DNA of 64,000 nucleotides from Pseudovirgaria hyperparasitica (lineage: Eukaryota). The notes below the pieces were generated by a model. The model ran no database searches and was not told the DNA's origin. It was given only the letters and a program-made list of their open reading frames with translations. Made by a program: the position numbers and the translations under genes. The stretch lies in assembly GCA_010093815.1 (NCBI GenBank), contig ML996568.1; one strand, written 5' to 3'. Positions 1 through 13,153 of this stretch are shown here, in pieces; position 1 is the stretch's first letter; each line of letters starts with the position of its first letter.

Positions 1-863
1 TAGATATATCTTTTCCCTGACGGGACTTATGTGTCGTACTGGGGTCACAAATGAGGCTAGAATGTGCCCTGAACGCAGCAAGCATTGTCCACACGGTGCT
101 CACTGGCGACCAAATGTGGTGATAGCTTAATCAGAGAGCCAGAAGCACGTCAGTGAGAGAGATGTGATGGTGGTTCGATCAGGGTCTGTGCAGGCCAGCA
201 GGAGTCCATCAACCAAACAGACGTCAAGAATTATGGCGACTTAACAGACTGTGTCCAACCAAAGGCCCGATCACCAGACATGGTCGCGTCGAGTTTCGTC
301 AAGAGATTAATCAATACGAGACAACGCATGGAGATGTCTCTTTTGCTGACTACAAGCGAGCGGACTTGGCCATATATAGCATGGTATGCAGGAAGCAAGT
401 CAGCTCGGCCCGATGGCTGAGTGCATGCAGGGGTCCCGAATGGCTGCACAGACGGGGGCCAGACATGGATGCTAAGCATTACAGATCAGACCACCAGTCT
501 TGGAATATTCGACGTGATTACTCGGTTGGGTGTGATAGTAGGCGCATGCAATAGTATGGTTGACAAGGCAGTGATTTGAAGCATGTAAGTCGGTTCCCTG
601 GCTTTGTTCCAGTCAGCAGTCGAGGCGATGAGGCAGTCTTTATTTATAGAACCACGTGCCGTTCCTGTACATCAGCACCACTAGAGATCTGCTGACGTGA
701 GAGACTGCGTCGATCGCAAGCCCTACGAAATGTAATCTCGGCAGTTCTGTATCGTTGTCTGTCGTTTGCAAGAGTGGAGGCTTTGGCCATGATCGTCTTG
801 GGTGATGTGACATACTACCCCTGCCCCCGCTAAGAACACTGGCACGCATCATGAAGCCATTGA

Positions 864-3800
864 TTAGCCTCGACTGATGAGTCCTAGAAGGGTTCCCCGC
901 TTGCTCGACTTTGGCTCAGGAATCCTGTACTCAACCAGTATACGCCTCAGTTTGGCAGACTTTCTTGCATATCCCCACAATTCAATTGTGTTCTGCACCT
1001 CGAATGGGCGGGCATCCAAGAGCAACTCCGCAACCTCAGCATGCCCATCCTTGACAGAGTGTTTCAAGATGTAGCTGTAGACCGGCTCCGTGAGGTACAT
1101 CCGCAGCGGGTATCTGTGTCTGACAAGAACTGCTAGTTTGTCTGCCATGGACAGGATGCTGCATATGACAAATGGGTTGTTGTATGACACACCTGGAGCC
1201 ATATCTGCGTACCCTAGGTCTAGGTCTCTCCGCATTCTCATCAGCTCGTCACTGTCAGGATTGATCCGTAAATATGACGTAATGGCTCCAAAGGTGAGCT
1301 CTTGGGAGAGCTCGTAGCAGTAGCGATTTATCAGGAACTCTAGCGTTTCTGGTTGTACTTCAATAAGAGCCACGCCCGCCATTGTCGCGCCCCCTTTCAG
1401 CGGAACGTTAATGTTGATGGCCTTTCTTTTCTTGCTCCGAATGTGGCTGTTTGTCTTGCCCGTGAGCTCCTCGAGCACTCCCCAGCATCCCTTGGTTCCA
1501 GCTAGTACCAGTAGATTATGGAAGTCATTCTGGCAGTCGGCGCCTTGATCGAGAAGCATAGCTACGGCTTCTTCGTCATTATTGCTAACAGCCCAGTAGA
1601 GAGGACTGGTCTGTGACAAGATCTGCCCGCTTTTACCGAATACCGGAGGCTTAGCCACGCTGTTGACATCAGCACCGGCATCCACAAGGATTTTGATCAG
1701 TCTAGCAAGATCTGGTAATTTGACTCTATACTTCTTCCATGCAGCGAAGTTTCTGATCAGGTGGTGGAGCGCTGTAGCTTCGTCAGGACCACTCCGAGCA
1801 TTTGGGTCAAGGCCAATTTTGAGGAAAAATGCAATGACATCCGGAAGTTTGCTCCGCGGATGTTTTTCAAACTGAGCAGGCAGATTGGAACTCATGTCGG
1901 TTGAGCTTGCGAATCGACGAAGCTCGACACGACAGGTATCTCCAAGCTTCTGGGGATGATCCCAGTCTTCTACACGGACGTTTGGCAGGGGTGTCGTGTG
2001 CGGGCGACGAGCTCCATCACGGGATGTCGTTTGGCTAAATCTTTTGTTGATCCCGTCCTCTCGAGGCGTGGGGCCGCTAGGTCCAGCCTTGATTCGTGAA
2101 AGGGATTGGCTGGGTCTTACAATGGATCGGCCGACTTTGTATGTATCGACTGTCAGGGGCAAAGCAATATCCGAACTGCCAGGATAGTGCTTCGGAGGTG
2201 AAGAGTCCGTATCAGACGGTGGGGTTGTGCTCTTCATCCGGGGTATGGGTGGGGAGACGGGCTTCAGTTTGTCCAAGTCGAATGAGTCTGAGAATGATTG
2301 AAACTGATTCCATTCTGCTCGGCGATTCGCATTCAAGAGTCGAGGCTTTTGGTCTGCCACAGTGTCTTTGGGGTCTTGTGTCGGTGCCCATGAATCCGCT
2401 ATAGGGGTGGGTTTAGTGTTAAAATTGACTTCCAGGTGAGGCTTTGACTTTTTGTTGTCGTCCTGCAGATTAACTTCAGTGATCACGCTTTGAGTGGCCA
2501 CGGGTTCAGGCGGCTGTACAACCACTGACGGTAACGTAACGACTTCTTGTACGTGCTCGTTGTCCTCTGGCTTCTTCCCTTCTGTATTTGCACTGATGGG
2601 AGTATTGTTAGTTATGCCTGGGAGGATGACAGGATGTGTTGCGTCTGGATTTTCGCACGAGCCTTCCGTTTGTGTGTTTTCGTATGTGACATCCCACGAC
2701 CGTGGGTCATCATCAGCGCCACTGGAGGAATCGTCTTCCAGCAAGCAGTGCTCACAGCAATAGTGAAGGGCCGCTTGTGGGCTGCATATTGTTTTGTACA
2801 GGTCAACCGACGTCATACGTGCATCTTCGTGCAGAGCAACAGTCCTATCGATCCAGTCTATGATTGGCGCCTGGTCCAGCGACGTCTTCAAGTCCCGGAT
2901 CCATTCCTTGGCAGAAGCGATATTGTTTGAAAACCAGAACGTTTCAGTTTTGCGCTTGAACGTATCGCGCATATCTCTGATTGTTCGCCCGCAGAGTGCC
3001 GTCAAAATCTCGACGAATACGCAGCCCAAGGAGAAGACGTCAGACTTGGAGTTCCTCTTCTCGTAGTTCTGAACTTCAGGCGCACAATATGGAATGCTTT
3101 TACCAAAGTTCCCTGTCGTAGTACTGCGGGTACGGTCTTGCCAATCAAGAGAGATGCCGAAATCTGTAAAGTATACTTGGCCTTTCTTGATCAGAATATT
3201 CGACGGTTTTATGTCGCGGTGTCGAATTCGCTCTTCATGGAGATATGCCAAGGCAGAAGCCAAGCAGCCAAAAGCCTTGTTCAACACCAGCTTGTACTCG
3301 TCCTCGTTCATGGCTAGTGTGAAATACTGCTCAAGATCACATTCGGCTACAGGAAGCATGAGAAAGCCGAAAAACTTGGGATCGGTGTAGCTGGCGACCT
3401 GTTGCGAGCATCAGCCATCGCCATCAGGCACGAGGTGACAAGGAGAACTCACAAGCTCCACACAGTGTTGGTGATTGATACGCTTGAGGACCTGGAGCTC
3501 CGTCGCGAAGGATTTGAGGTCACTTGTCCGCGTGCCTCCCCTTCGAAAAGACTTTCGAGCATATTCGCGGCCGGATAATTGGCTTTGTACTTTATCGACA
3601 ACGCCATAGCCACCTTTCGCGATCATGCCCTTTTCAAGAAGAGGGAGCTCTTCACCTTTGACAAAGTGCACATGCTTCTTCTCATCGTTTTCCAGATCAA
3701 GGCCTTTTGTGATGACCCTACCCTGTACCTCGAGGAAAAGGTCCTGGTGCGACTGAGACAACGACCTGGGTAGCGACTGCTTATTGAAGGGGAACCAGAG

Positions 3801-4043
3801 GTCGGTACAGCCTATGCTGGTGAACTTGGGTAACAATGAGACCTGGTCGATGATTCGAAGCACGATGTAGATTCGTGGTACGGTACTGTATGGAGGGCCA
3901 AGCTCCTCGAGCAGTATACGGCATATCTCCTTGCAGTCTGCGTCCGTGTACTGCTGTACTCCGAGCCCGGTAGGGAAAAAGTCATCCAGGCCTAGGCCAA
4001 GTTTCCGCTGCTCTCCTGGCTTGACTGTAGCATGCGCGGCCAT
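864..4043 (-). CDS. Ser/Thr protein kinase with long disordered linker and C-terminal ankyrin repeats (~1040 aa, 2 exons)
   Basis: Exon 1 is 4043-3453 (KGGYGVV Gly-loop, YARK, LQVLKRINHQHCVEL). Intron 3452-3399 (GTGAGT...GCTGAT...CAG) joins in frame to VASYTDPKFFGFLM. Exon 2 carries HRDIKPSN, DFG, YCAPE, DVFSLG and ankyrin-like GADVN..SPLYWAV..AVAMLLDQGAD. Confidence 0.9.
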
Positions 4044-5330
4044 TTCGTCGTGCTGAGAGTGTTACACCACCGTCTCCGAGTGGGGATCACATTATCCAAA
4101 CGCGACAGCCTGTGCGGGCTATGGAAAAGCAGATTGGTGAGATGTGAGAGAGCACGAGAACAGTCCGGCGAACTGCGAGATATTCTCTGCATCGCAGTGA
4201 GGCTGCATGCCTGGTGGGGGTTTGTCGGCAGCCCTTGTGATGGCTATGAGGCCTCCGTGAGTCGAGGCGCAAGCCATGTCGGAGTGGTGCAACCAATAGA
4301 GGTCGACCTCGAGTGCTGCGACAACACGAGGCTCGTATTGGCCATTTAGTGTCTCACGTTATGAGAGGCTTCATGTTGTTAGCGAGATGTGAAACTCTCT
4401 AGACGATTTGATTCCTGGGATGAGGTGAGATGGAAATGAATGCTGCAAGACGGCGGCAATTTCTTTGGGAGAGAGGGAAAGTAGCACAAACGCTACGGCG
4501 GTCCCGTGACCAGCGGATAAATTCTAGGTATGCATCAAGACAGAGACTGGGCACGATAAAGAGCTGTATCGTACGTTTGACATTCCAGCGTCTATTCGAT
4601 TGAGTGATTAGATATTACATTACGTCCACGCACCTTGGCCCTTCGTTGCGGACAGGGCTCGGTTGACTTGAGGCGCTCCTTGACCACTCCTCTGGTGGTT
4701 TACAAAACCCCATCGTCCGCCATCATTCCAACGAACAGCATCTCCCTGTGCCCGTCACCACGTGAACTTTGCGTGACACATGCGCAACGCATTACACATT
4801 CCCTTCCTCAACGGCATCTGACAATGTCTCTCTGTCCTCCATAAATATTCCAAAATCCTCCCCAAAAAAACCACAACGCTTGGAGCGCCATGCAATCCCT
4901 CTCTTTCTCTCGAAGGCGCGAATCGAAGCAAACAGGGACTCCACGAGCTCGAAAGGAGGCTCGGGAGTAACGAAGGTGTACAAGTATCTTATAGTAGAAG
5001 CGATTGTAATCGGGGTATCGTGAGAAGCGTTGTAAGAAAGTTCTCCAAGGTCCCATTGTAAATGACTTTTCCTGTCCCAGCACGCGAGTGCCATAACCGG
5101 AGAGCGAGCGGCGGATGAAGCAGTATATGGAAAAAAAGACTCCTGAAGGTGAATTCAGAGAGCGAAGAAAGATTCGCAATGCAAGAGCCGCATCGCCTCG
5201 GTGCAAATGTAGCGAACCGCTGAAATGCTCTATGAAAACGCCACCCATGCATCAATCGTGAAAACGTGATATGTGGAATTTGAGTATGTCGGGCTCATCG
5301 GTATTGAATGTGGTGGTTGTGGTGGTCTCT

Positions 5331-6784
5331 TCAGTGAGACTGCTCGTGGTCGGAATGCGAGGCCAGAGTGTCGCTTTCCCAGGTGTAGTTGTGTTCATCG
5401 GCAGGACTTGGCGGTCCGTTGGAGGGGCTGCGAGCACCCGAGGAGAAGGAGGATGATGAGCCTATTGTCCACTCATCGCTGTCCGAGTTCCCAGTCGGGT
5501 GGAATTCCTCATAAAAGTCCAGCATGCCCTGAGTGTAGGCATCTTCAGGCTCACCAATCTCGGTATAGTCGTAGTCCCAGCGGAACTCCTTGTCGGGCTG
5601 TACGCGGGGGAGGAATTTCTGGCGAGCAAAGAAGAAGAAGAAGGCGGCGACTGGAATTGTCAGCTAAGACTCGCACAGTATGGGGCTTTGAAGAGCAACT
5701 TACGGAGACTGCCGGCAACCAGGTCAACAGCGTAGTGATGCGAGAGGTACATTGTAGCCCACCAGAGCCACAGCACGTAGCCCAAAAAGACGGGAAGCAG
5801 CTTTGGGAAGACATGGCCAAGAAACAGGGCTTCGAGGGTCGAGTCCGCGGCGTGCAGCGACGGAAAGGCGCCAAACGGCGAGGGAGAGCTGGCAAAACCA
5901 GGTACATACAGGTCAATGCCAAATAGCTTGTCTATACGGGCAAGACCGGCAGCTTCTCCCGGGATGCTGTAGTTTGCGGGTGCAAGACCATAGTGATTCT
6001 CATACCACGGTGGAGAGCATGGGAATACAAGGTTCGTGGCCACACCGAGCAAGCTCATGTAGCCAAACGCACGAGCGTAGACGGGGAGAGTTCCCGGTGG
6101 ACCCCAGATGAACAGGGCAATGGCGCAGATGAATGGGGCAGCGAAGTGACCGACACCATACGGAATCCAGGCAAGGATGTCCAGAATGACATGTTTGTGT
6201 GCTGAAAGGATATTACTCAGGTTGGCGCCGTACAGAATATTTTCGAGGGTGGGCAGAACTCGGACCCAGATTGGGGGGCGGTAATCAGCAGGTATGAATC
6301 TTTGCGGGCTTGTCAGTCGTAGTCCATGCATGAAGAGCGTCTACCAGCACAGAGGAGCGAAGATGACTTACTTGCACGAATAGAATAGCAAGAGATAGGC
6401 AGCAATGGGTAGGAAGTTGAGGAAGAATTGACGAGTGACTGGCAAGACGAGAGAGCTCATCAACAGGGTGGCCACGAAGGTCTTGAATATTGGGCCGGGC
6501 TCCTGGATGACGGAGAGACAGAAGATGCCGACGATGGCGAGCAGAAGGTACTGGGCGTCATAGTGTGACCAGTGATGGGTGCGTAGTGAGCGCAGAGTGT
6601 CGGTGGGAGAGAAGGAGGATTGTAGAGAGGCGATGGAGGAGGTTGGGGTTTGGCGACTCCGTATGCGCGACTTGGTAGCTCTCCATTTCCTTCGGACTTT
6701 GTGTGGCAGCAATGTTGGCAAGGCCTTGAATGGGATCTTGACATTGGACAGCATCTGCTGGGGATAGTAGGAGGAGGCAGTCAT
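5331..6784 (-). CDS. AUR1: Inositol phosphorylceramide synthase (aureobasidin resistance protein Aur1/AurA), 3 exons
   Basis: Introns 6371-6300 and 5703-5651 (both GTAAGT...CTGAC...AG) join three ORFs in frame. PAP2-like motifs LDILAWIPYGVGHF, PPWYE, FGAFPSLH, WATMYLSHHYAVDL; C-terminal FRWDYDY. Confidence 0.95.
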
Positions 6785-8390
6785 GGCGGACTGGTGGACT
6801 GGCGGAGAAAGTGGCGGAGAGGACTCGACGAGCAGTCAAAGGGGAGCGAGCGAGCGAAGCGCATGCGAGGGGAGGAGGCGAGGCGAGGCGAGGAAGACTG
6901 CTGGGTTGAGATGCGAGTTGTTAAGATGAATGGTATTCTGGTGAGGCTGGCTGGGTGGCAGAGATAAGTGAGAGGGCAGAGAGGGCGAAGATGGTGGATG
7001 TGAAAGAGAAAGTGGTGAAGAGGTGTGCGTGCGGAAGTCAGCGGGATGATGGCGAAGAATGAAGAATGAATAATACGGCGAGGCAGGGCAGGCAGACCGG
7101 GTCCGTGCGGAAGAGAATTGGCTGCTTGGTGGAGCTAATGGTCATAGGTTGTTGGGTGTAATTTCACAAGCGACGACGGAGTGCCACATTTTTGCATATT
7201 TTCTTTGCACAGCGCCATCAGCTCAGCAGTAATGTTTAATTTTATTATTTGTTTTAACGTTAATGTTACGCACTATCTGTTTATTAGTCAATATTTGACT
7301 TTATTGTCGCTTGGTGCTTTGTAGCTAGAGGCCAACAACGGAGTCGGGGGTGAGAGAGTGTGGAGAAGAGCGGCAGATACCAGTCTATCACTACTACTGT
7401 GAGTACTATACTACTATACTATACTACTGATACCAGTCCAGATAACGGTGCGGACTACTACAGTATGCCAACAATACGCCGACGGAGAAGGAAACGGATG
7501 CGAGGAGCGAGCGACAGGCATGCATGCCAACATGCCAACATGACGGCGGCTATTCATGCCATGCCAGGCATAAGGACGCTGACAGGGCGGAGTTTTAGCA
7601 GGCTCGCAGCACTCCGTCTGGCGCAGCACGCGCGTGTCTTTTGCCCTCTTGTCTCCGTCATCGTCGCCGTCGTCGTTCGTCTTCTCTATACATACAATGT
7701 GGACGACGGTGGACAGAATTGGAGTTTGCTGGTGGACTGACGATGAGGCGTGGGTGATGATGCGATGATGCGCCAGGTGAGTCGCTCCTAAGCAGCCAAG
7801 CGGTGGTCACGTCAAGCTGCAGAGTTAGACTGTGGCTAAGGCTTAGCTGCCAAATATACGGACCATGACACTTTGACAAGTATAGGCATGAAGAGGGACT
7901 ACTGTACTGGCTGATTATTCTACTATGTATGGCACGCACACATAAGGCGAATAGTGATATATTTAACAATGAATACCATATATATAGCACACTGTATTAA
8001 TCGTAATAATCGCCGGCAGCACCAAAACCCGAAAAGCCGAGCAACCCGAGCTAGCTCTAGCACTTTGTAATTTCGTTCTCGTTCAGGCATCCCCGAGTCT
8101 TGGCAGTATTATGTACCGCGCTAAGCCGCTTACAGCACCCACCTAATCTCCTTTTGTTGAGCGAATCGGGGAGGAGCGCGTCCGGGTCGTGTTGTCGCGT
8201 CGCGTTTCACGTTCGGACGAACTTTCGTGCTGCACGTGCCGTGCGCGCTAGTCCCGATACGGTGTAATGGATCTGTATTACTAACCTTTCTTGGAATGCT
8301 CCTACTTCTCCTACATCCACTACATCTCTTACATCTACTACCAGCACTACTATCACGACCAAGTAATACTACTACTCCCATCCTTATCAT

Positions 8391-9358
8391 TCACTCGTAC
8401 CCGATTCTCGCCTCGTTGTCCCCGTCCTCTAGAAACTCGTCTTCCAGATACCATCTCGCCCGCCGCCTTGCCTTCGCCCTGTACTCACACCCAACTGATG
8501 TAACTGATTTCAAGGAAAGTTGAGCAACGCCTTGTAGCTCGTCCGCCTCCTCCCTGTCCTCTGCTCTCTGCTCATCGTCCCTGTCGTCCAGATCAGAGTA
8601 CACTCCGCACGCCTTGTCCAGCTCCAGCCATGGCCGCTCCGGTGCCGCCCACCGCTCAAAGAGTGTCCAGAAAAACATATGCCGCTTCAGTGCGCTGCTT
8701 CGTTGCCGTTCATCAGGCTTACTGCTGTTCAGCTCTCTTCTGCAGTGGTCGGATATCTTCCCCCTCAGAGTCTCGAGCTTCGATTGCCCTGCGATGTAAA
8801 GTCAGCCATTCATCTCCACGCACTTGGTCACTTCGTCGCAGAACACACAAGCCTGGTCGTCTGCACTCATCTCTGGCACCGCCAAACCCATGTCAAACCC
8901 CTGCCCAAAATTTCTCTCCACAAACTCCCTCGCCAGACTCTGCACTATCTTGCTCGTATGCGGCCCATCTACTCGCACGCCTGCCTCCCCTTTACCGAGT
9001 AGATAGGATCCCTCCACCTGTGCAATGCTAGTGAGATTCGCTGCCCGCGCCTCGTCCTCGGTGTCCCATATGTGCGAGTACAGACTGCCTGCTTTCTCGT
9101 CGTCGCCCTTACACCCCCTGGCCCACTTGTACACGCGGAACAAGAACGCTGCCTCGTACACGCTGCCCTGTTCGTCGATGCGCTCTATGTATTTCCGCAG
9201 GTTGATCATATTCGTGCCTTGGCCGTCTGGCTGCCCTGTGCATCTTCTGTTATGGCGCTGCTGCGTGAAGAGGGCTTGTTTACAGGCTTACACTGGTTTG
9301 TGTCTTTGAGCAATCGACTATCCTCCATCTCGCTGCCTCTGGCTTCGGAACTCGACAT
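8391..9358 (-). CDS. Hypothetical (orphan) protein, ~283 aa, 3 exons
   Basis: ATG at 9358. Introns 9291-9236 (GTAAGC...CAG) and 8848-8789 (GTGTGT...GCTGAC...CAG) join ORFs 9206-9454, 8802-9209 and 8391-8678. Exon lengths 67+387+398=852 nt, an exact multiple of 3. No recognisable domain. Confidence 0.55.
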
Positions 9359-9727
9359 GGCAGCTATGGTTTGTTGGCAGAGTATGGTGGTAAGTAGGTA
9401 AGAGCGATCATGCCTTCCTTCCCTCCTTCCCTTCTTGTACTCATCAACAGACAAAGACTTGCATATTCCATGGACAGCACGTGATCACGTACCATGATTG
9501 CACAAACAAAGAAACAATGAAGGCAGGAACGAGTGCAGCAGTTCCATACTTGGCACCTTCCCTGCGCTCGTACTCTTCCTTGTTTATCCCATCCATTCCA
9601 TCTACCTATACAGTACTACCTTACAGCCCCCTCTGATCCATCCACCTATCCACCACCCCCTAACACTTCTCGCCCTCTCCTCTCCCTCTCCTTTCTTTCA
9701 AACAACCTAACCTCCCTCACTTCCCCT

Positions 9728-10494
9728 TCACACCCGGCGCCTGCGTCCGCAACGCAACCGGCACCCCACTACTCACCGGACTGCCCACATTGTTCCACTT
9801 GATCGCCCACGTGCCCTCCGTGTCCGTCTCCTCGACATACCAGTCCATCTGGATATCGTCTGCGCTGCCCACATGGAATGCCCAGGCGCCGTACAGGCCG
9901 AAACCGGTGATGTTCTGCGTGCTGTTGGTGCTGCTGCTGGTGAAGCCGACGTCACCGAAGGAGGAGGGCGTGGTGGTGTCGATGTAGAAGTGTGCTTGCG
10001 AGGGCAGGGTGCCGTTGTCCGGGGTTGCGGTGAAGGTGGTGTTTGATGTTGTTGCGCGGACTGCTGGGGTGTTAGAGGTGTTGTTGTTGTGGTTGTGGGA
10101 GGGGGGAGGGATGCGTTGAGGGTTATTTAGATGTATGAGAGGAGAGTCTAGATCTTTACGGCGACGTGCATATCAAGACCAGTATAGAGCAACAACTTAC
10201 GAGTAACATTATACGTCTCCGAGACCCCAGCCGGTGCCGCCGTGCCAGCATACGCCTTGCCTACGAAACACTCAGTACAACACTCCACCACCATCCAACC
10301 TCGTCCAAGAACTCACCATCGCCATAAAACACCGGCAGACCCTGGAGCTCTCCCCTGGTAGAGTCCAACGAGTAGGCATACAGATGAAAGTCCGCATCCA
10401 CAGTCGCAGCGCGAGCATGGAACTCGCTGCAAACCACACCGCCAGCCACGAAAGCTACCATTGCCAAAGGCCTAAACAGAGAGAAGGATAGCAT
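9728..10494 (-). CDS. Small secreted protein (~190 aa, 3 exons), uncharacterised
   Basis: Signal-peptide-like N-terminus MLSFSLFRPLAMVAFVAGGVVC. Introns 10316-10261 (GTGAGT..CTGAG..TAG) and 10200-10061 (GTAAGT..CTAAC..CAG) give an open frame: FHLYAYS..GLPVFYGDGKAYAG...TGFGLYGAWAF...WAIKWN..VPVALRT. Several N-x-T sites. Confidence 0.8.
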
Positions 10495-13153
10495 GGTGGG
10501 TAAAGGAGATCAGACTATGACGCTGGAAAGAGTGTAGACGAAACAACGAGTACCTAGGAATCTGCGATACTCATGGCTGACAGTGGGGGAATATATAGAA
10601 GCGATGCATGGGAGAGCAGAGCCAGTCTAAGATGGCCGCGCAACAAAGTCCGATATTCACCACTCACGGCAGTCAGTCAGTCTTCCCACCAACCAGCCAT
10701 CCCGCCAGATAGATTGCTCCGAGACGTGCACCCTCGACCAGACAAGCCCAGATCAATACAGAGATTTTCCATCGTCTGGATCATGCTTTGCCCTTGTACG
10801 CTCTACCCACCCAACCCACATCCATCCTCTACACGTTTTTTTCTTCTTTCTTCTCGGTACTGCAAGGGGTCAGATACGTTTGCATGGCTGCCTGTGATGC
10901 TTGCTATAGGGAACGGCAGCTTGGAAGCAATCGTTCCGTCTCCACCTCTCCCCACTTTCCCCCTGAATCAATTCACTGCTGATTTCCCATGGCTTGCGCA
11001 CATGGTGCGTACGACGACTCATGAATCATTCGACGCGCGTACGGGGAAGAGCGCAATGGTGGACGATAGTTGATATTAGGGGTCTGTGTGGCTGTTCGAG
11101 GCTCCATGATGCTTGCAGAGCTACCATCTGCCACATTCGGTGCTATCCACGTCAATGGACCTGCTCAGCCTTGCGGGCGCTCCCGAGACCATATCCGGCC
11201 CATACTATCTATGTACGTGGCGAGGAAAACACACCGATAATGTGGGATTGTGGGTCAATTCAAGCCTGCGGGGCCCACTGCTTGTATATGTCTATAAGAC
11301 TTGGCAGTGGGGACCACGTGGGGCGAGATTACTGTAGTATGATTTACCCCCCGAGATCTAGGAGGAAATGGATAATAATGACGGACGGGATGCGTGTTTA
11401 CAGTCCAGTTTGCGTCCAAGCTCCTAGATCGTCCTCCCCGGAAGTATGTGCTCTAACAAAATAGCTGATCCGACGACTTCGCGTACAGGGCTTCCGTACA
11501 TGGCGGCAGGCAGGCATTCACTTGAAATTATGTGAACGCCACAAATACCCGGGGCCTAAAGCGGAAAGGGAGAGCTTTGCCGCGTGGCGCGCGCCGGGTC
11601 TACTAAGGCAGGACCTCCTTAGCGCCCGCCCGCTGGCTGCCGTTGGGCCTTGGCTGCAACGTCATCTCCTTGTCTTCCTTTCAACAAAATTCCGTTCATA
11701 TCAAGAATGTCTCGTTCTCCCTATAGCTCTCCACGACATTGCGACCGTATGGTGGCTTGTCATGCCCCCACATCCAACAGATGGATGCTCTTCCTGGTCG
11801 CGATGACTTCGTGGAATTTCTGATTTGGGCATTCTTTGTTCGGCCTGGACAGCCTATTCAACAACTGCTACATGATTGAATGGTCTCCGATTCTTTTCTG
11901 TGCTGCCATTCTTGGACCACTGTTTCTTCGCTAGGGCCAGCATGTTCTTGGATTGATGCTGGAGTCGAACGCTCCAGAAGCTGATATTCTGGAATCTCGA
12001 TAGATTCGCTGTACAAGAGACAAGGAATAGATTCTCTCCGCGACTCCACTGGACCCACTGCCAAATCACGATCGATTCAAGCGAGATCTCTCAGTCCATA
12101 TCCAGACATTAAACTGTTACGAGTCCAAGCCATTCCGGAACAGTCTATTATTGAGCGCCATATAGGTGCAAATAAGATGTTTGCGTGAAACATTCAGGGG
12201 CACCTACGTACGCAAGGCGGCTACGTAGTCCCAGGCACAGGATTCTATTGTTTGGTAATGCGCCACGCCCGCTGTCGGTCCGCTTACAACCATGCTTCAG
12301 CCCTCGATGGAATTTACATCATGAAGTGGGGAGTCTGTCTACCGTTCAGATTCCGTCCGCTGTATAACGCTGTAGGCCCTTGTGCCTCGCGCTTTCGCAA
12401 GGTCGTCGGGTGTGGCTGTTGACTCGTCATCGCACGATTTACCACATGTTCCATCGCGATTTGCGCAGAAATCCTTGCCTTATGGGGCTTATACGGGTCA
12501 AGATCTGACGACTTATCGATATCAAACTCGTTATATCGCTTAATCCTGAACCAATGACGTTCTCATCCAGATTTGACGGACTGCCAAAACAAACAATTAT
12601 TTCTTCTAGTGCTCCACAACTCGCGTTTCCCTCATGCATAGTCTGAGGTCAGACTGCTTCTGATTAGTAGATTTGCTCTCTCAACGCATCTCGGGCCGTA
12701 GTATAGGCGAGTTTCTGCATCGCATAATGCGAGGCGTACGTGACGAATCCAGTAATCCTCGTCTCGGCTTCTTCTGCAGGAAGTATGGAGCGTACGTACA
12801 TTCTCGATGCGTGTGGCCCCTGAATGCAGTATTGGTATCATGGATCTAGGTTGTCTTCCAGCATGTTGCAGGACTGCGGGTCTCTCATCTCGTATGTCCA
12901 GATTCGTCCCAAGACACGAGCCCAACAAGCATCCATCTCCACGGGGCTGGGAGAGCATGTGGGAAGCTTGTAGTTGTCTTAAAGATATAACTTTCACTCA
13001 TCGACTACTCATTGCTATCGATCATCATTGCAACATCACTCTCATTCAACTATCCTACATATTTATCATTTCTGCTTGGTAGTCCTTTCGAGTGAGGGGC
13101 TCTACTTGCTTTGAATCCTTCATTAGCTTTCTTGTTGTTCTTTTTCCCACATC

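Noticed and set aside
4635..5260. Overlapping 70-146 aa ORFs downstream of AUR1
   Set aside because: No recognisable domain or coherent exon structure; probably 3' UTR or intergenic sequence.
10500..13150. Numerous short ORFs between the secreted-protein gene and the laccase
   Set aside because: No motifs, no consistent splice model and no coding-like composition; treated as a shared promoter region.
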